From positions 1 to 46,238 of IMG/VR virus record IMGVR_UViG_3300037100_000084: a DNA stretch of 46,238 nucleotides. One strand, 5' to 3'. The notes below the pieces were generated by a model. The model saw only the letters and a program-made list of their open reading frames with translations, ran no database searches and was not told where the DNA came from. This document shows positions 1 to 7,073 of the stretch, one piece after another (positions within the stretch are counted from its first letter, which is position 1; every line of letters begins with the position of its first letter). The stretch comes from a virus. Lineage: Duplodnaviria > Caudoviricetes. The translations under genes were made by a program, and so were the position numbers.

Positions 1-183
1 TCGATCTATCTGCTCGTGAGCCTGGACCATACCGTAGGGTGCGTTGCCCACGTGGTTGGTCAACATCGTTACTCCGTCGTCACCGAGGCGCACGAACTTG
101 GGGTCGTAGCATCCGGGGATCAGGCAGTTCCATGTGACGATCCCGCCGTCCCACTCGTGGATGGTGACCTGGGGCTTTTTCAC
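1..183 (-). CDS. Hypothetical protein, 3'-partial (MKKPQVTIHEWDGG...)
   Basis: Own translation: GTG at 183 abuts the upstream stop; frame stays open to the window edge. Confidence 0.45.
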   Translation of the reverse strand, partial: MKKPQVTIHEWDGGIVTWNCLIPGCYDPKFVRLGDDGVTMLTNHVGNAPYGMVQAHEQIDR

Positions 184-285
184 TCAATGTCCTTTGTAGA
201 CCTGTAGCCCAGCATAGAGAACCACGAGGAGCCCTCCATACCAAGCGATTCTCAGTGTCGTTCGCGTTTTTTGCAGAAATTTCAT
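184..285 (-). CDS. 33-aa hydrophobic peptide MKFLQKTRTTLRIAWYGGLLVVLYAGLQVYKGH (cassette slot 5, left)
   Basis: Own translation; ATGA overlap with 282..578, AGGAG upstream, one hydrophobic stretch. Confidence 0.5.
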   Translation of the reverse strand: MKFLQKTRTTLRIAWYGGLLVVLYAGLQVYKGH

Positions 286-578
286 TCGCTGGACTCCTGT
301 GAGAGGGACTCCAAAATGGCGTCACGAAGGAGTGTGAACGCGTCGTCGTAAACATCTTTGTGCGCCCACGGCAGGTTCCCGAGCGGTCGTGCGTCGGAGT
401 TCCAAATCTTCTCAATCAGCGAATCCAAAAATTCGCGGCTCAGTACAGGTGGCTCTACCGGGGCCGCGAAGTGACGCCATTCTCGGTACTGAGGGTCGGC
501 GTGAAACCATTTCTGTAGGAATGAATCCCACACGATTCCCTCTTCGCAGATTTTGCAAGTCAGGTCGCGGTCACTCAT
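282..578 (-). CDS. Modular cassette protein MSDRD-[CxxC..H module]-APVEPPVLSR-[module]-DAILESLSQE
   Basis: ORF track; shares three motifs with 44519..44929 but the intervening segments are unrelated. Confidence 0.75.
   Translation of the reverse strand: MSDRDLTCKICEEGIVWDSFLQKWFHADPQYREWRHFAAPVEPPVLSREFLDSLIEKIWNSDARPLGNLPWAHKDVYDDAFTLLRDAILESLSQESSE
294..329. repeat. Junction repeat C, copy 1 (36 bp)
   Basis: ctcctgtgagagggactccaaaatggcgtcacgaag; 35/36 identical to 44528-44563. Confidence 0.95.
434..465. repeat. Intragenic junction repeat B, copy 1 (32 bp)
   Basis: cgcggctcagtacaggtggctctaccggggcc; identical to 44677-44708. Confidence 0.95.
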
Positions 579-593
579 TCGCGGGGCTCCCCA
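564..593. repeat. Junction repeat D, copy 1 (30 bp)
   Basis: gtcgcggtcactcattcgcggggctcccca; identical to 44915-44944. Confidence 0.95.
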
Positions 594-841
594 AAAGTGA
601 AAGGTTCAGGGTCAGTTTGCGCGAAGTCTTGACCCGCGCACTCGTGAGAGCAGTACCATGACCAGTCGTGCCAGACGCCTCGCAGCCCGACCTTTCCGGG
701 CGCAAGTTGATTGAATGACGCGCCGCACTTTCGGCACGAGCGTAGGAAACGCTGCCCTTCTACGGAGTCTTTTGGGTATCCCATCACGGACCGCTCACGA
801 AGTGGATAGTCGTACGGCATGATTTTCGTTTCGTCGTTCAT
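575..841 (-). CDS. Small Cys-containing (CxxC...CxxxC) hypothetical protein, cassette cargo
   Basis: ORF track; ATGA overlaps at both ends. Confidence 0.7.
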   Translation of the reverse strand: MNDETKIMPYDYPLRERSVMGYPKDSVEGQRFLRSCRKCGASFNQLAPGKVGLRGVWHDWSWYCSHECAGQDFAQTDPEPFTFGEPRE

Positions 842-861
842 CCTTGCGTCCCTACAGGTGG
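838..861. repeat. Junction repeat A
   Basis: tcatccttgcgtccctacaggtgg; reads PPVGTQG-stop/ATG on the minus strand. Confidence 0.95.
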
Positions 862-1410
862 TGCCGCCAGCCTTTGCGAAAATCTGTCTAACGCCCGTTG
901 CATCGAGTGACTGCCGGGGAACAGGTCTATGAACTCGTCGTCGGTTTCGTACACCAAGAGGTCGAGTATCCAGTCATTGAAAGCGTCGGGCTTGGCTCCG
1001 CGTTGTCCGGTCTGTCGCGTCACCGCGCAGCTGAGCCAGTCGCGGACCATTGGCTTACGCTTGTTGTCTTTCCGCGCTGGTTGGAAGATCACCGGCTCCC
1101 AGGCGTATTGAACGGTCGTTGGCCTGATCTGGTGCCAGGTCTTTGTCCACGCAGCGACGCGAAACGGAACATTCACGGCCTTCCCGTCCTCTTTGCGCTG
1201 GCGGCAACCCGTCGCTACATGCAAGTCGCTGGGATTGCAGGAGTAGGCCCAACCGTCAGCGTTCGCGGCAAGCCAGCTGAGAAGTTTGTTGTGAGTGTTC
1301 GCCGCGTCCCAGCACTCCCCATCCCACGGCATTTCTCCGCCATCATTGTGAAAGTGCTCGTAGCTGGCGCATTGTCCTAGGTAAGGAGGATCGGCGTAGA
1401 CGAGTTTCAT
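838..1410 (-). CDS. Compact amino-(N4-C/N6-A) DNA methyltransferase-like protein
   Basis: N-terminal DPPY, later KP and DLFPGS (FxG-like), i.e. beta-class motif order. Confidence 0.7.
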   Translation of the reverse strand: MKLVYADPPYLGQCASYEHFHNDGGEMPWDGECWDAANTHNKLLSWLAANADGWAYSCNPSDLHVATGCRQRKEDGKAVNVPFRVAAWTKTWHQIRPTTVQYAWEPVIFQPARKDNKRKPMVRDWLSCAVTRQTGQRGAKPDAFNDWILDLLVYETDDEFIDLFPGSHSMQRALDRFSQRLAAPPVGTQG

Positions 1411-1431
1411 TCTTGCGTCCCTACAGGTGGC
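1407..1431. repeat. Junction repeat A
   Basis: tcattcttgcgtccctacaggtggc (PPVGTQE-stop/ATG). Confidence 0.95.
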
Positions 1432-1628
1432 CCCGAATCAACAGGCGTTAGAGTTGCGATGCCGTGAAGGGCGTTCGCCAGATCGTCCAATGAGCAAAAC
1501 TTCTCTTGAATGATCGTGCCACCACCCCACGGCTTTGGACCGGCGATGCGCGTGTCATTGAGATAGAACGAGTTGCCCTCAACGCCCTTCATGAAGAGGA
1601 TGCTGATGGTCTTGGTTTCGTCACGCAT
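1407..1628 (-). CDS. Hypothetical protein, cassette cargo (73 aa)
   Basis: ORF track; AAAGGAG SD upstream; ends in PPVGTQE. Confidence 0.75.
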   Translation of the reverse strand: MRDETKTISILFMKGVEGNSFYLNDTRIAGPKPWGGGTIIQEKFCSLDDLANALHGIATLTPVDSGPPVGTQE

Positions 1629-1671
1629 TTTTCAATCTCCTTTCGGTTGCGTCCCTACAGGTGGCGACAGA
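1626..1671. repeat. Junction repeat A* (long variant)
   Basis: catttttcaatctcctttcggttgcgtccctacaggtggcgacaga; first 27 bp identical to 46212-46238. Confidence 0.95.
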
Positions 1672-2009
1672 ACAGCGGCCAACTTTTCACGCCATTTTTC
1701 GACGGCGATCCGCCATGAGTTGCTGGGCCAACCCGAGTCCGCATAACGGTCCTCGATCAGCCGCGAAGCCTCGTTCAGCGCGTCAACAACTTCCTGCTCC
1801 AGGCGCGGCGCGGGTACTGGCTCTACCGGCGCACGCCAATTTTTGCAATCGCACGCGGGACGCGGCGCAAAGTCAGTTGGTGTCCAAGGAAAACGGCACG
1901 AGAAGTGACCGCAGTCGGGATTGGCTCCGCACTCCATCTGGAGCAAGTCATCATCGTGCCGGTGAAATGACATCGCGTGACCGCACTTACACGGATCTTC
2001 GTCGCTCAT
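1632..2009 (-). CDS. Two-module protein: Cys/His-rich domain, APVEPV linker, helical domain
   Basis: Start moved to MSDEDPCKCGH (ATGA overlap with 2006..2560); ends SPPVGTQPKGD. Confidence 0.7.
   Translation of the reverse strand: MSDEDPCKCGHAMSFHRHDDDLLQMECGANPDCGHFSCRFPWTPTDFAPRPACDCKNWRAPVEPVPAPRLEQEVVDALNEASRLIEDRYADSGWPSNSWRIAVEKWREKLAAVLSPPVGTQPKGD
1814..1832. repeat. Degenerate repeat B (intragenic)
   Basis: gtactggctctaccggcgc, encoding APVEPV. Confidence 0.7.
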
Positions 2010-2036
2010 TTCTCTTCCCGCCCCTCTACTGGTGCA
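2006..2036. repeat. Junction repeat A' (variant)
   Basis: cccctctactggtgca core at 2021-2036, shared with 2566-2581; APVEG..stop/ATG. Confidence 0.85.
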
Positions 2037-2560
2037 CCGAAAATCAAAAGCACGCATCCGAACGGAGGGCGGTTATTTGCAGCCGCTCCCTCATCGCCGG
2101 GGTTGGTGAACTTCAATCGCCCTCGAATGAACTGTGTCCGTAGTCTCGAGTCGTCTCTGTCGCGAATTGGCTCTACAAGGTCTTGCCACCACGACTGTTC
2201 TGTGCGGTTTGCCGGAAGCAACATGACCGTTTCGCACGATGAATTAAGAGCTTTACGGACCCACGGCTCGATATTGGAGTAGGGAGGGTTGCACCACACG
2301 ATCTCGTCGTCCCAGTCTTGCTCTAACCCGTTGTCTTGCGCCGTGTAGAACTTTGCGCACTTGGCATTGGCTACGCTCGCCGCAACGTCCACTGTGAAAC
2401 GAAAGTTTCGATCCCACTCGTCAAAGAACGATTGGGGGGTTCCTCGGTCATCGACCTCTTCTGCCGGATCCACGTCAGGGCCAAACAGTCGCGGCGAGTT
2501 CGGGCGCTTGGCTACCTGTTGAGGATGGTTCTTAGCCTTGAAACGTGAAAGTCCGCTCAT
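2006..2560 (-). CDS. Phage DNA N6-adenine methyltransferase (phage Dam-type family)
   Basis: TP..FF, FTVDVAAS..NAKC, WCNPPYS, LLPANRTE..WW and GRLKF motifs. Confidence 0.9.
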   Translation of the reverse strand: MSGLSRFKAKNHPQQVAKRPNSPRLFGPDVDPAEEVDDRGTPQSFFDEWDRNFRFTVDVAASVANAKCAKFYTAQDNGLEQDWDDEIVWCNPPYSNIEPWVRKALNSSCETVMLLPANRTEQSWWQDLVEPIRDRDDSRLRTQFIRGRLKFTNPGDEGAAANNRPPFGCVLLIFGAPVEGREEK

Positions 2561-2581
2561 TCCGTCCCCTCTACTGGTGCA
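2554..2581. repeat. Junction repeat A' (variant)
   Basis: cgctcattccgtcccctctactggtgca; APVEGTE-stop/ATG. Confidence 0.85.
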
Positions 2582-3144
2582 GCGGACTTCTCTCCCTCGT
2601 CGGTCGGTTCGGGGTCAGCGACTACCTCTACTATTAAATCTTTCGAGTTGTTTAATGCTGCCGCCTCAATCGCCGCGTGAAGTCGTCGCAACTCTTGTTG
2701 AAGATACGCCTCAGGCATCGTCTCCGCGACGAACCACAGCAATTCGTCCTCGGCTTGCGCGTTCACAATCGCCAGCACGTGCGAACAGTTCTCGCAGCCG
2801 TCGCCCAAACACGTCGGGTGGTCAGCGACTACGAGGGGCAGGGACTCGATGATTTCGATTGCCGTTTCCAGACCTGCCCAAAAGTGGGGCTCCATAGCTG
2901 CCTCGCGCGGGTCGTCAAGTCGAGCGGTCTCGTCACTGTAGGTTTGCAGCGCATCTATCGCTTCTTTTCTGCTAATGGCGTCAGTCATGGGGGGCCTCCA
3001 GTTCTCGTCTAGCTCGAAGTCCTCGCACGGGCAGTCGTCGCAGCCATGAGGCGCGGGCGCGTGCCAGTGGCGCACTCCTCCGCAGACGCAGCGGTCCATG
3101 GCAGGGACGCCGTGGCGGATCGGGTAGTCGGGGTGCTTTATCAT
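2557..3144 (-). CDS. Multi-module hypothetical protein with N-terminal Cys/His-rich domain
   Basis: Start MIKHP at ATGA overlap; CVCG...H...CDDCPC; internal MTDAISRKEAI could be a second start (2988). Confidence 0.65.
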   Translation of the reverse strand: MIKHPDYPIRHGVPAMDRCVCGGVRHWHAPAPHGCDDCPCEDFELDENWRPPMTDAISRKEAIDALQTYSDETARLDDPREAAMEPHFWAGLETAIEIIESLPLVVADHPTCLGDGCENCSHVLAIVNAQAEDELLWFVAETMPEAYLQQELRRLHAAIEAAALNNSKDLIVEVVADPEPTDEGEKSAAPVEGTE

Positions 3145-3602
3145 GTCCCGCTCCCAGCTGCGCAGCCGCACCAGAATGAGTCGTACTCCATGTGAGGGTG
3201 CGCCTCAAAGGTCGAATTGGTCGGGTCGGACTCCTTGATGTGCTTGCAGTAGGGACAGCGCATCTGGCGCAACTCGGGCTCAGACTCGTTGATGCCGACG
3301 TCGTCGCGCTCGGCCTCGGCCTTCTTGGCCTTCTCCTGGTCGATGCGCGCCAGGACCTCGGAGCGCGAGAGGGTGCACACGTCCTTCGAACCCTCCCAGG
3401 TCGCCTTCTCCTCGTCGGTGAGGGGGAACGACCAGTGGATGCGCACCGGCTCGTCACACTGGGGGCAGCGGTCCTCTATCGGGCGAATCTGGACCATCCC
3501 GCACGGGCACGCGCGAGACTCACTCGGCATCGCCATCGCCGACCCGTCGCCCTCGATCGGTGTCCACGTGTCCGGGTACTTGTGGAAGTGCTCGACGACC
3601 AT
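3141..3602 (-). CDS. Cys-rich (zinc-ribbon) hypothetical protein
   Basis: Start MVVEH at TGATG overlap; several CxC/CxxC motifs. Confidence 0.65.
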   Translation of the reverse strand: MVVEHFHKYPDTWTPIEGDGSAMAMPSESRACPCGMVQIRPIEDRCPQCDEPVRIHWSFPLTDEEKATWEGSKDVCTLSRSEVLARIDQEKAKKAEAERDDVGINESEPELRQMRCPYCKHIKESDPTNSTFEAHPHMEYDSFWCGCAAGSGT

Positions 3603-3940
3603 CAGATCGCCTTTCCCCCGTGGCGCCACTCGCGCGTGCGGTTGTAGGCCATCTTCCTCTCGAACTCGGTCTCGAGATCGAACCCTTGGGGGGCAACGAA
3701 CTGATTCCACGTCGAGAGCAGTCGCACAAACACGTCAACCAACTCGGACGGCACTCCCTCGGGCTTGCCGTCCTCAAGGACGAACGCCATAAAACCACTG
3801 CCGCGGAACGCCTCGAGCGCTTCGCTCACCTCAGAGTGAAGCAACGCCAGTGAGGTCCCGAACTGGTTCTCGTTCGGTTGCCAGCCCTTCGAGTGCTCGA
3901 GTTCGACCACCTCAGCTTCCATCTGCAGTAGCGACTTCAT
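3602..3940 (-). CDS. MazG-like nucleotide pyrophosphohydrolase
   Basis: LALLHSEVSEALEAFR...ELVDV..R...KMAYN..R..RHGGK. Confidence 0.85.
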   Translation of the reverse strand: MKSLLQMEAEVVELEHSKGWQPNENQFGTSLALLHSEVSEALEAFRGSGFMAFVLEDGKPEGVPSELVDVFVRLLSTWNQFVAPQGFDLETEFERKMAYNRTREWRHGGKAI

Positions 3941-4056
3941 CGCCTTACCACCGAACACGCGATGTTGGGGAAGTTACCGACGAATCGCCACAGGTGCGCG
4001 TGACTAACCGATGCCGAGAACGTAGCTGATCCGACGGTGCAGAGAAGATGGACCAT
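3937..4056 (-). CDS. 39-aa hypothetical protein
   Basis: Fills the gap exactly, with TGATG and ATGA overlaps. Confidence 0.4.
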   Translation of the reverse strand: MVHLLCTVGSATFSASVSHAHLWRFVGNFPNIACSVVRR

Positions 4057-4433
4057 CAGTCCTCGACCGGTTCGTACGTTTGCTCGAAGATGTCGGGCTT
4101 GCTCCAGCGCCGTTCCCACGTCCTAATGCGATGGCAGTTAGCACAACGAACTTCGCATTTGGCTATTTCTGCGTCAGCCTGGGCGCGGCTTTTGCACGAC
4201 GACACCAGAAGCAATTTCTCACCATCGACGTGATCGAAGTCCAGCGCCGAAGGATGGCCGCTAAACCCGCAGTCAACACAGCCGCGCTCCGTCTTGATTG
4301 AATCCAAGTATCGTCTTAGATCGGTAGCGCGAATGTTCGCCTTGGCTTGCTTCTCCGCCTTGCGCTCAACGGGAAGATTCTTCCACCAGTTACGGCGATA
4401 GGCCCTCTCAGCATCTTTGTCTTTAAGAGGCAT
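4056..4433 (-). CDS. HNH endonuclease (putative free-standing homing endonuclease)
   Basis: CVDCG...LDFDHV...EIAKCEVRCANCHRIRT. Confidence 0.88.
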   Translation of the reverse strand: MPLKDKDAERAYRRNWWKNLPVERKAEKQAKANIRATDLRRYLDSIKTERGCVDCGFSGHPSALDFDHVDGEKLLLVSSCKSRAQADAEIAKCEVRCANCHRIRTWERRWSKPDIFEQTYEPVED

Positions 4434-4725
4434 CTTCAACCCTTTCATAAGTGGCCTCGAAGATATCCGGTTTTACTGGATAGAACTCGCCCTGGACGCC
4501 GCGAATAATCCAGTCGCCAACCGTCGCCCGCATCTCTCCTTCGAGCGTCACCACGAAGATGTCGGTGCCATTGTGCCAGGCGTGGCCCTTACCTTCGTTT
4601 GAGGGTGGACGTCCCTGGTTAATCCAGTTCACGATCGCGTCCATGTCAGGCGAGCCAACCTCGTTGTTCGTGTTGAATCTCATCGCCTCGATGACAACGG
4701 GCTTCTTACGGAACTTAGTCGCCAT
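4423..4725 (-). CDS. Conserved phage protein (KFRKKPVVIEA...TLEG...GDWII.G..GEFYP.KPDIF family)
   Basis: Recognisable motif set of a widespread small phage protein; function unknown. Confidence 0.8.
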   Translation of the reverse strand: MATKFRKKPVVIEAMRFNTNNEVGSPDMDAIVNWINQGRPPSNEGKGHAWHNGTDIFVVTLEGEMRATVGDWIIRGVQGEFYPVKPDIFEATYERVEDAS

Positions 4726-5197
4726 CTTCTTCGTCCTCGTCATCTTCGATGAGCGTCGTCGGGAAGTCGTGAAGAGGTGACCCACCGACGCAGAACTCGC
4801 CCTCTGCCTCGCCCTCGCGCCATCCGCACGCTCCGCACGTGCGCAGCATCGCTCCCTGGTCAGGGTTCACCTTTGAGGCAGCAATCAGCGCGTCGCTGCG
4901 AGCGATGGCCTGGCGAACCACTTTCTCGTCGATGAACGTGGCCGAGCTCGCAGCGAAGACCTGGACCAGCGTGACGCTCTCGACGTCGCCATCCTCGTCG
5001 AACTCGTAGACAAAGTCATCCTTGATCTTCTTGGCGCGGATGGCGAGGTACACGGTTTCGCCGGCACCCACCAGGACAGGGTCGACTTTTACAGCTGCGC
5101 TCAGCCCGTCGCCCAGCTTTAGGACCTTGACGCTGGTCTTCTCGATTGCGTAACCCTCGGACGTCTTGCCAAGATCTACCGTTTCCTTTTCAGCCAT
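4715..5197 (-). CDS. Hypothetical protein with acidic tail
   Basis: ORF track; overlaps neighbours; GC-rich third positions. Confidence 0.75.
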   Translation of the reverse strand: MAEKETVDLGKTSEGYAIEKTSVKVLKLGDGLSAAVKVDPVLVGAGETVYLAIRAKKIKDDFVYEFDEDGDVESVTLVQVFAASSATFIDEKVVRQAIARSDALIAASKVNPDQGAMLRTCGACGWREGEAEGEFCVGGSPLHDFPTTLIEDDEDEEDGD

Positions 5198-5546
5198 GAT
5201 GCCTCTCTCTTGTTTCGATTAACTCGGCCCACTCTGGGTGAGTGTCGATCAGCAGGCGCGCGTACAGCGCCGTGTAGTTGTTGGAGACCTTGAACTCCGA
5301 GTTCGGGTCGCTGGTCTCGAGGTAGTACTCGTAGCGCAGCACCTCGACGAGCATCTTCACGCCAATGCGCTTGCGGCCGCGAGACGCCATCTCGCCAGCC
5401 ATGCGCTCCAGCGCTTCGAAGACGTGAGGGTTGCGGACGTGAAAGAAAGAGAACTGCTCGAGGGGCGTGAGGCGACGCTCCAGCCGCGCCTCGAGCGCCT
5501 CGGTGTCTTCGAACTGGTCGAAGATGGAGGTCTGGACGTTGGTCAC
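5190..5546 (-). CDS. Conserved phage hypothetical protein (FH..NPHV...NNY.A.YAR)
   Basis: ORF track; motif familiar from phage proteins. Confidence 0.75.
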   Translation of the reverse strand: MTNVQTSIFDQFEDTEALEARLERRLTPLEQFSFFHVRNPHVFEALERMAGEMASRGRKRIGVKMLVEVLRYEYYLETSDPNSEFKVSNNYTALYARLLIDTHPEWAELIETRERHHG

Positions 5547-5794
5547 AACGGCTCCTCGGCGCGGTCCTTGCCCCAGAACAACTCAGCGAGTGCCCCCACG
5601 GGGCACGGCCAGAGGTGACCGCAGTTGAGGCAGCGAAAGCGAGGTGGTACGGATCCCTGCTCCCAGGTCACCATTTCTGGTGGTTGATGCTTCGCAAACG
5701 AGTCGAGCATCTGTGCCATGCCCACCCAATGCTCCAGTGGTATCCCGGGAACGTCTTCAAAGGTCTTCATGTGCTTTACGAACTCGGTGGTCAT
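5543..5794 (-). CDS. Hypothetical protein (C..CG..WPC)
   Basis: ORF track; start moved to MTTEF at ATGA overlap. Confidence 0.65.
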   Translation of the reverse strand: MTTEFVKHMKTFEDVPGIPLEHWVGMAQMLDSFAKHQPPEMVTWEQGSVPPRFRCLNCGHLWPCPVGALAELFWGKDRAEEPL

Positions 5795-5922
5795 CCTTCG
5801 TCCTCCCACCACGGGTCACGCGCCTCACGACGCTCGCGGTTCTCGTCGCGCACGCACCACCAGATCGAACCGCCAGCGATGACAAAGACGAAGCCTAGGA
5901 ACACGCCCATGACCTCAGTCAT
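5791..5922 (-). CDS. 43-aa single-TM peptide MTEVMGVFLGFVFVIAGGSIWWCVRD...
   Basis: Own translation; fills the gap with overlaps on both sides. Confidence 0.55.
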   Translation of the reverse strand: MTEVMGVFLGFVFVIAGGSIWWCVRDENRERREARDPWWEDEG

Positions 5923-6085
5923 CGAAGATCACCCAGTTGTCGCCGTTGCCGAGGTACGCGATGGTGTCGGCGATTTCGGTCTGGCGCTCGGAATCCGCGG
6001 GTATCTGTGCCGAGACCATGCCAAGCGACGTAATGATCAGCGCAAGCCGGTCAGTTTCCAATGGAATAAGAATTCTTGGTGCCAT
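5915..6085 (-). CDS. Small hypothetical protein
   Basis: GAAGGGAG SD upstream; first gene after the predicted promoter. Confidence 0.6.
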   Translation of the reverse strand: MAPRILIPLETDRLALIITSLGMVSAQIPADSERQTEIADTIAYLGNGDNWVIFDD

Positions 6086-6108
6086 CACTCTCCCTTCAGA
6101 GTGCAGTA

Positions 6109-6137
6109 ATCCTGCCATGAATAAAGCGGTGAGTCAA
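6109..6137 (-). promoter_or_regulatory. Sigma70/SigA-like promoter
   Basis: TTGACT-17 bp-CAGGAT with TG extension, in an AT-rich intergenic gap. Confidence 0.55.
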
Positions 6138-6179
6138 GCCAATCAGCAGAAAATATGTAAAAAATTCTGAGGCCGATTC

Positions 6180-7073
6180 CTACCTTTGGTTTTCCGCAGC
6201 CTCACGTGCCAGACGCTCTTCACGGTCCCAGGCGCTCTCGTGGTCATCTTCACCGGCGTCCACAATCTCAGCGTCGACCACGTCGTCATCTAGCAGGCTG
6301 TCGTCGAAGGGCTGAACGTCAGGCTCTTCCTCGGCCGTCATCTGACGCACGACGTGGTTGTCGACTGCCTCGGCTTGCATCAGCTCGACACTCATCGGGA
6401 GCCACGCCTTCATGCGCAGGAAGCAGGTCTTCCAAGCCATCGCTTCGAACTGATCCTTGTCAGCCCACGGGCCCTTGAGTTGACCACCCTTCTTGCCGTA
6501 GCGATCACGGTGATGCTCGACCTCGCTCTTGTGCATGACGACGAAGTTGCGACCGCCGTTGGTCTTGCGCACGACGACGTAGTAGTGCGTCGCGGGCCCA
6601 CGCTCTTCGACTGGGCAGGGCACGTGGACGAGGCGCTCGTCGAGTCCGTACTCCATTTCCAGCTTGTCGCCTTCGAAGACGGTGCGAGGAGTGATCGACA
6701 GGATCTCACCGGTGCGGTGAGCGAGCTCGGCGTAGCCCCGGTAGCCAATGATCAGCGTGGCCTCGTGGCCATACGGCACCAGGTACGCCTGCTGCATTGG
6801 ACCGAACTCGAGACCAAGGGCCGCGGCGTTGAGGATGCCACCAAAGAACGACGCCGGCGAGCAGTCGAGCAGCTTGGGCGTGGTGCGCACCAGCGTCTGG
6901 ACGGTGCGAACGTATCGCGCGGCGTCCATCTGCATGGGCAACGCCTTCTGGATCTCGGGCGTCTGCTTCTCGATCATGTCGCGCAGGCTCTTCGAACCAG
7001 TGGTTGCAATCTCGGTGGACGCTGCTTCTTTGACGGCGTTACGCGCCGCCTCGGCCTTTGAATCTTGTGTCAT
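6180..7073 (-). CDS. recT: RecT family single-strand annealing protein
   Basis: IQKALP...PKLLDC...LGLE...AYLVPY...IIGYRGY.EL..R...W...FEAMA.KT; acidic tail; adjacent exonuclease. Confidence 0.95.
   Translation of the reverse strand: MTQDSKAEAARNAVKEAASTEIATTGSKSLRDMIEKQTPEIQKALPMQMDAARYVRTVQTLVRTTPKLLDCSPASFFGGILNAAALGLEFGPMQQAYLVPYGHEATLIIGYRGYAELAHRTGEILSITPRTVFEGDKLEMEYGLDERLVHVPCPVEERGPATHYYVVVRKTNGGRNFVVMHKSEVEHHRDRYGKKGGQLKGPWADKDQFEAMAWKTCFLRMKAWLPMSVELMQAEAVDNHVVRQMTAEEEPDVQPFDDSLLDDDVVDAEIVDAGEDDHESAWDREERLAREAAENQR

Noticed and set aside
838-2581. CRISPR array interpretation of the ~25-bp repeats
   Set aside because: Spacers are whole genes of ~200-700 bp, the repeats are not palindromic, and no cas genes are present
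282-2581. Classical integron attC cassettes
   Set aside because: No RYYYAAC...GTTRRRY inverted-repeat structure in the linkers and no tyrosine recombinase in the window
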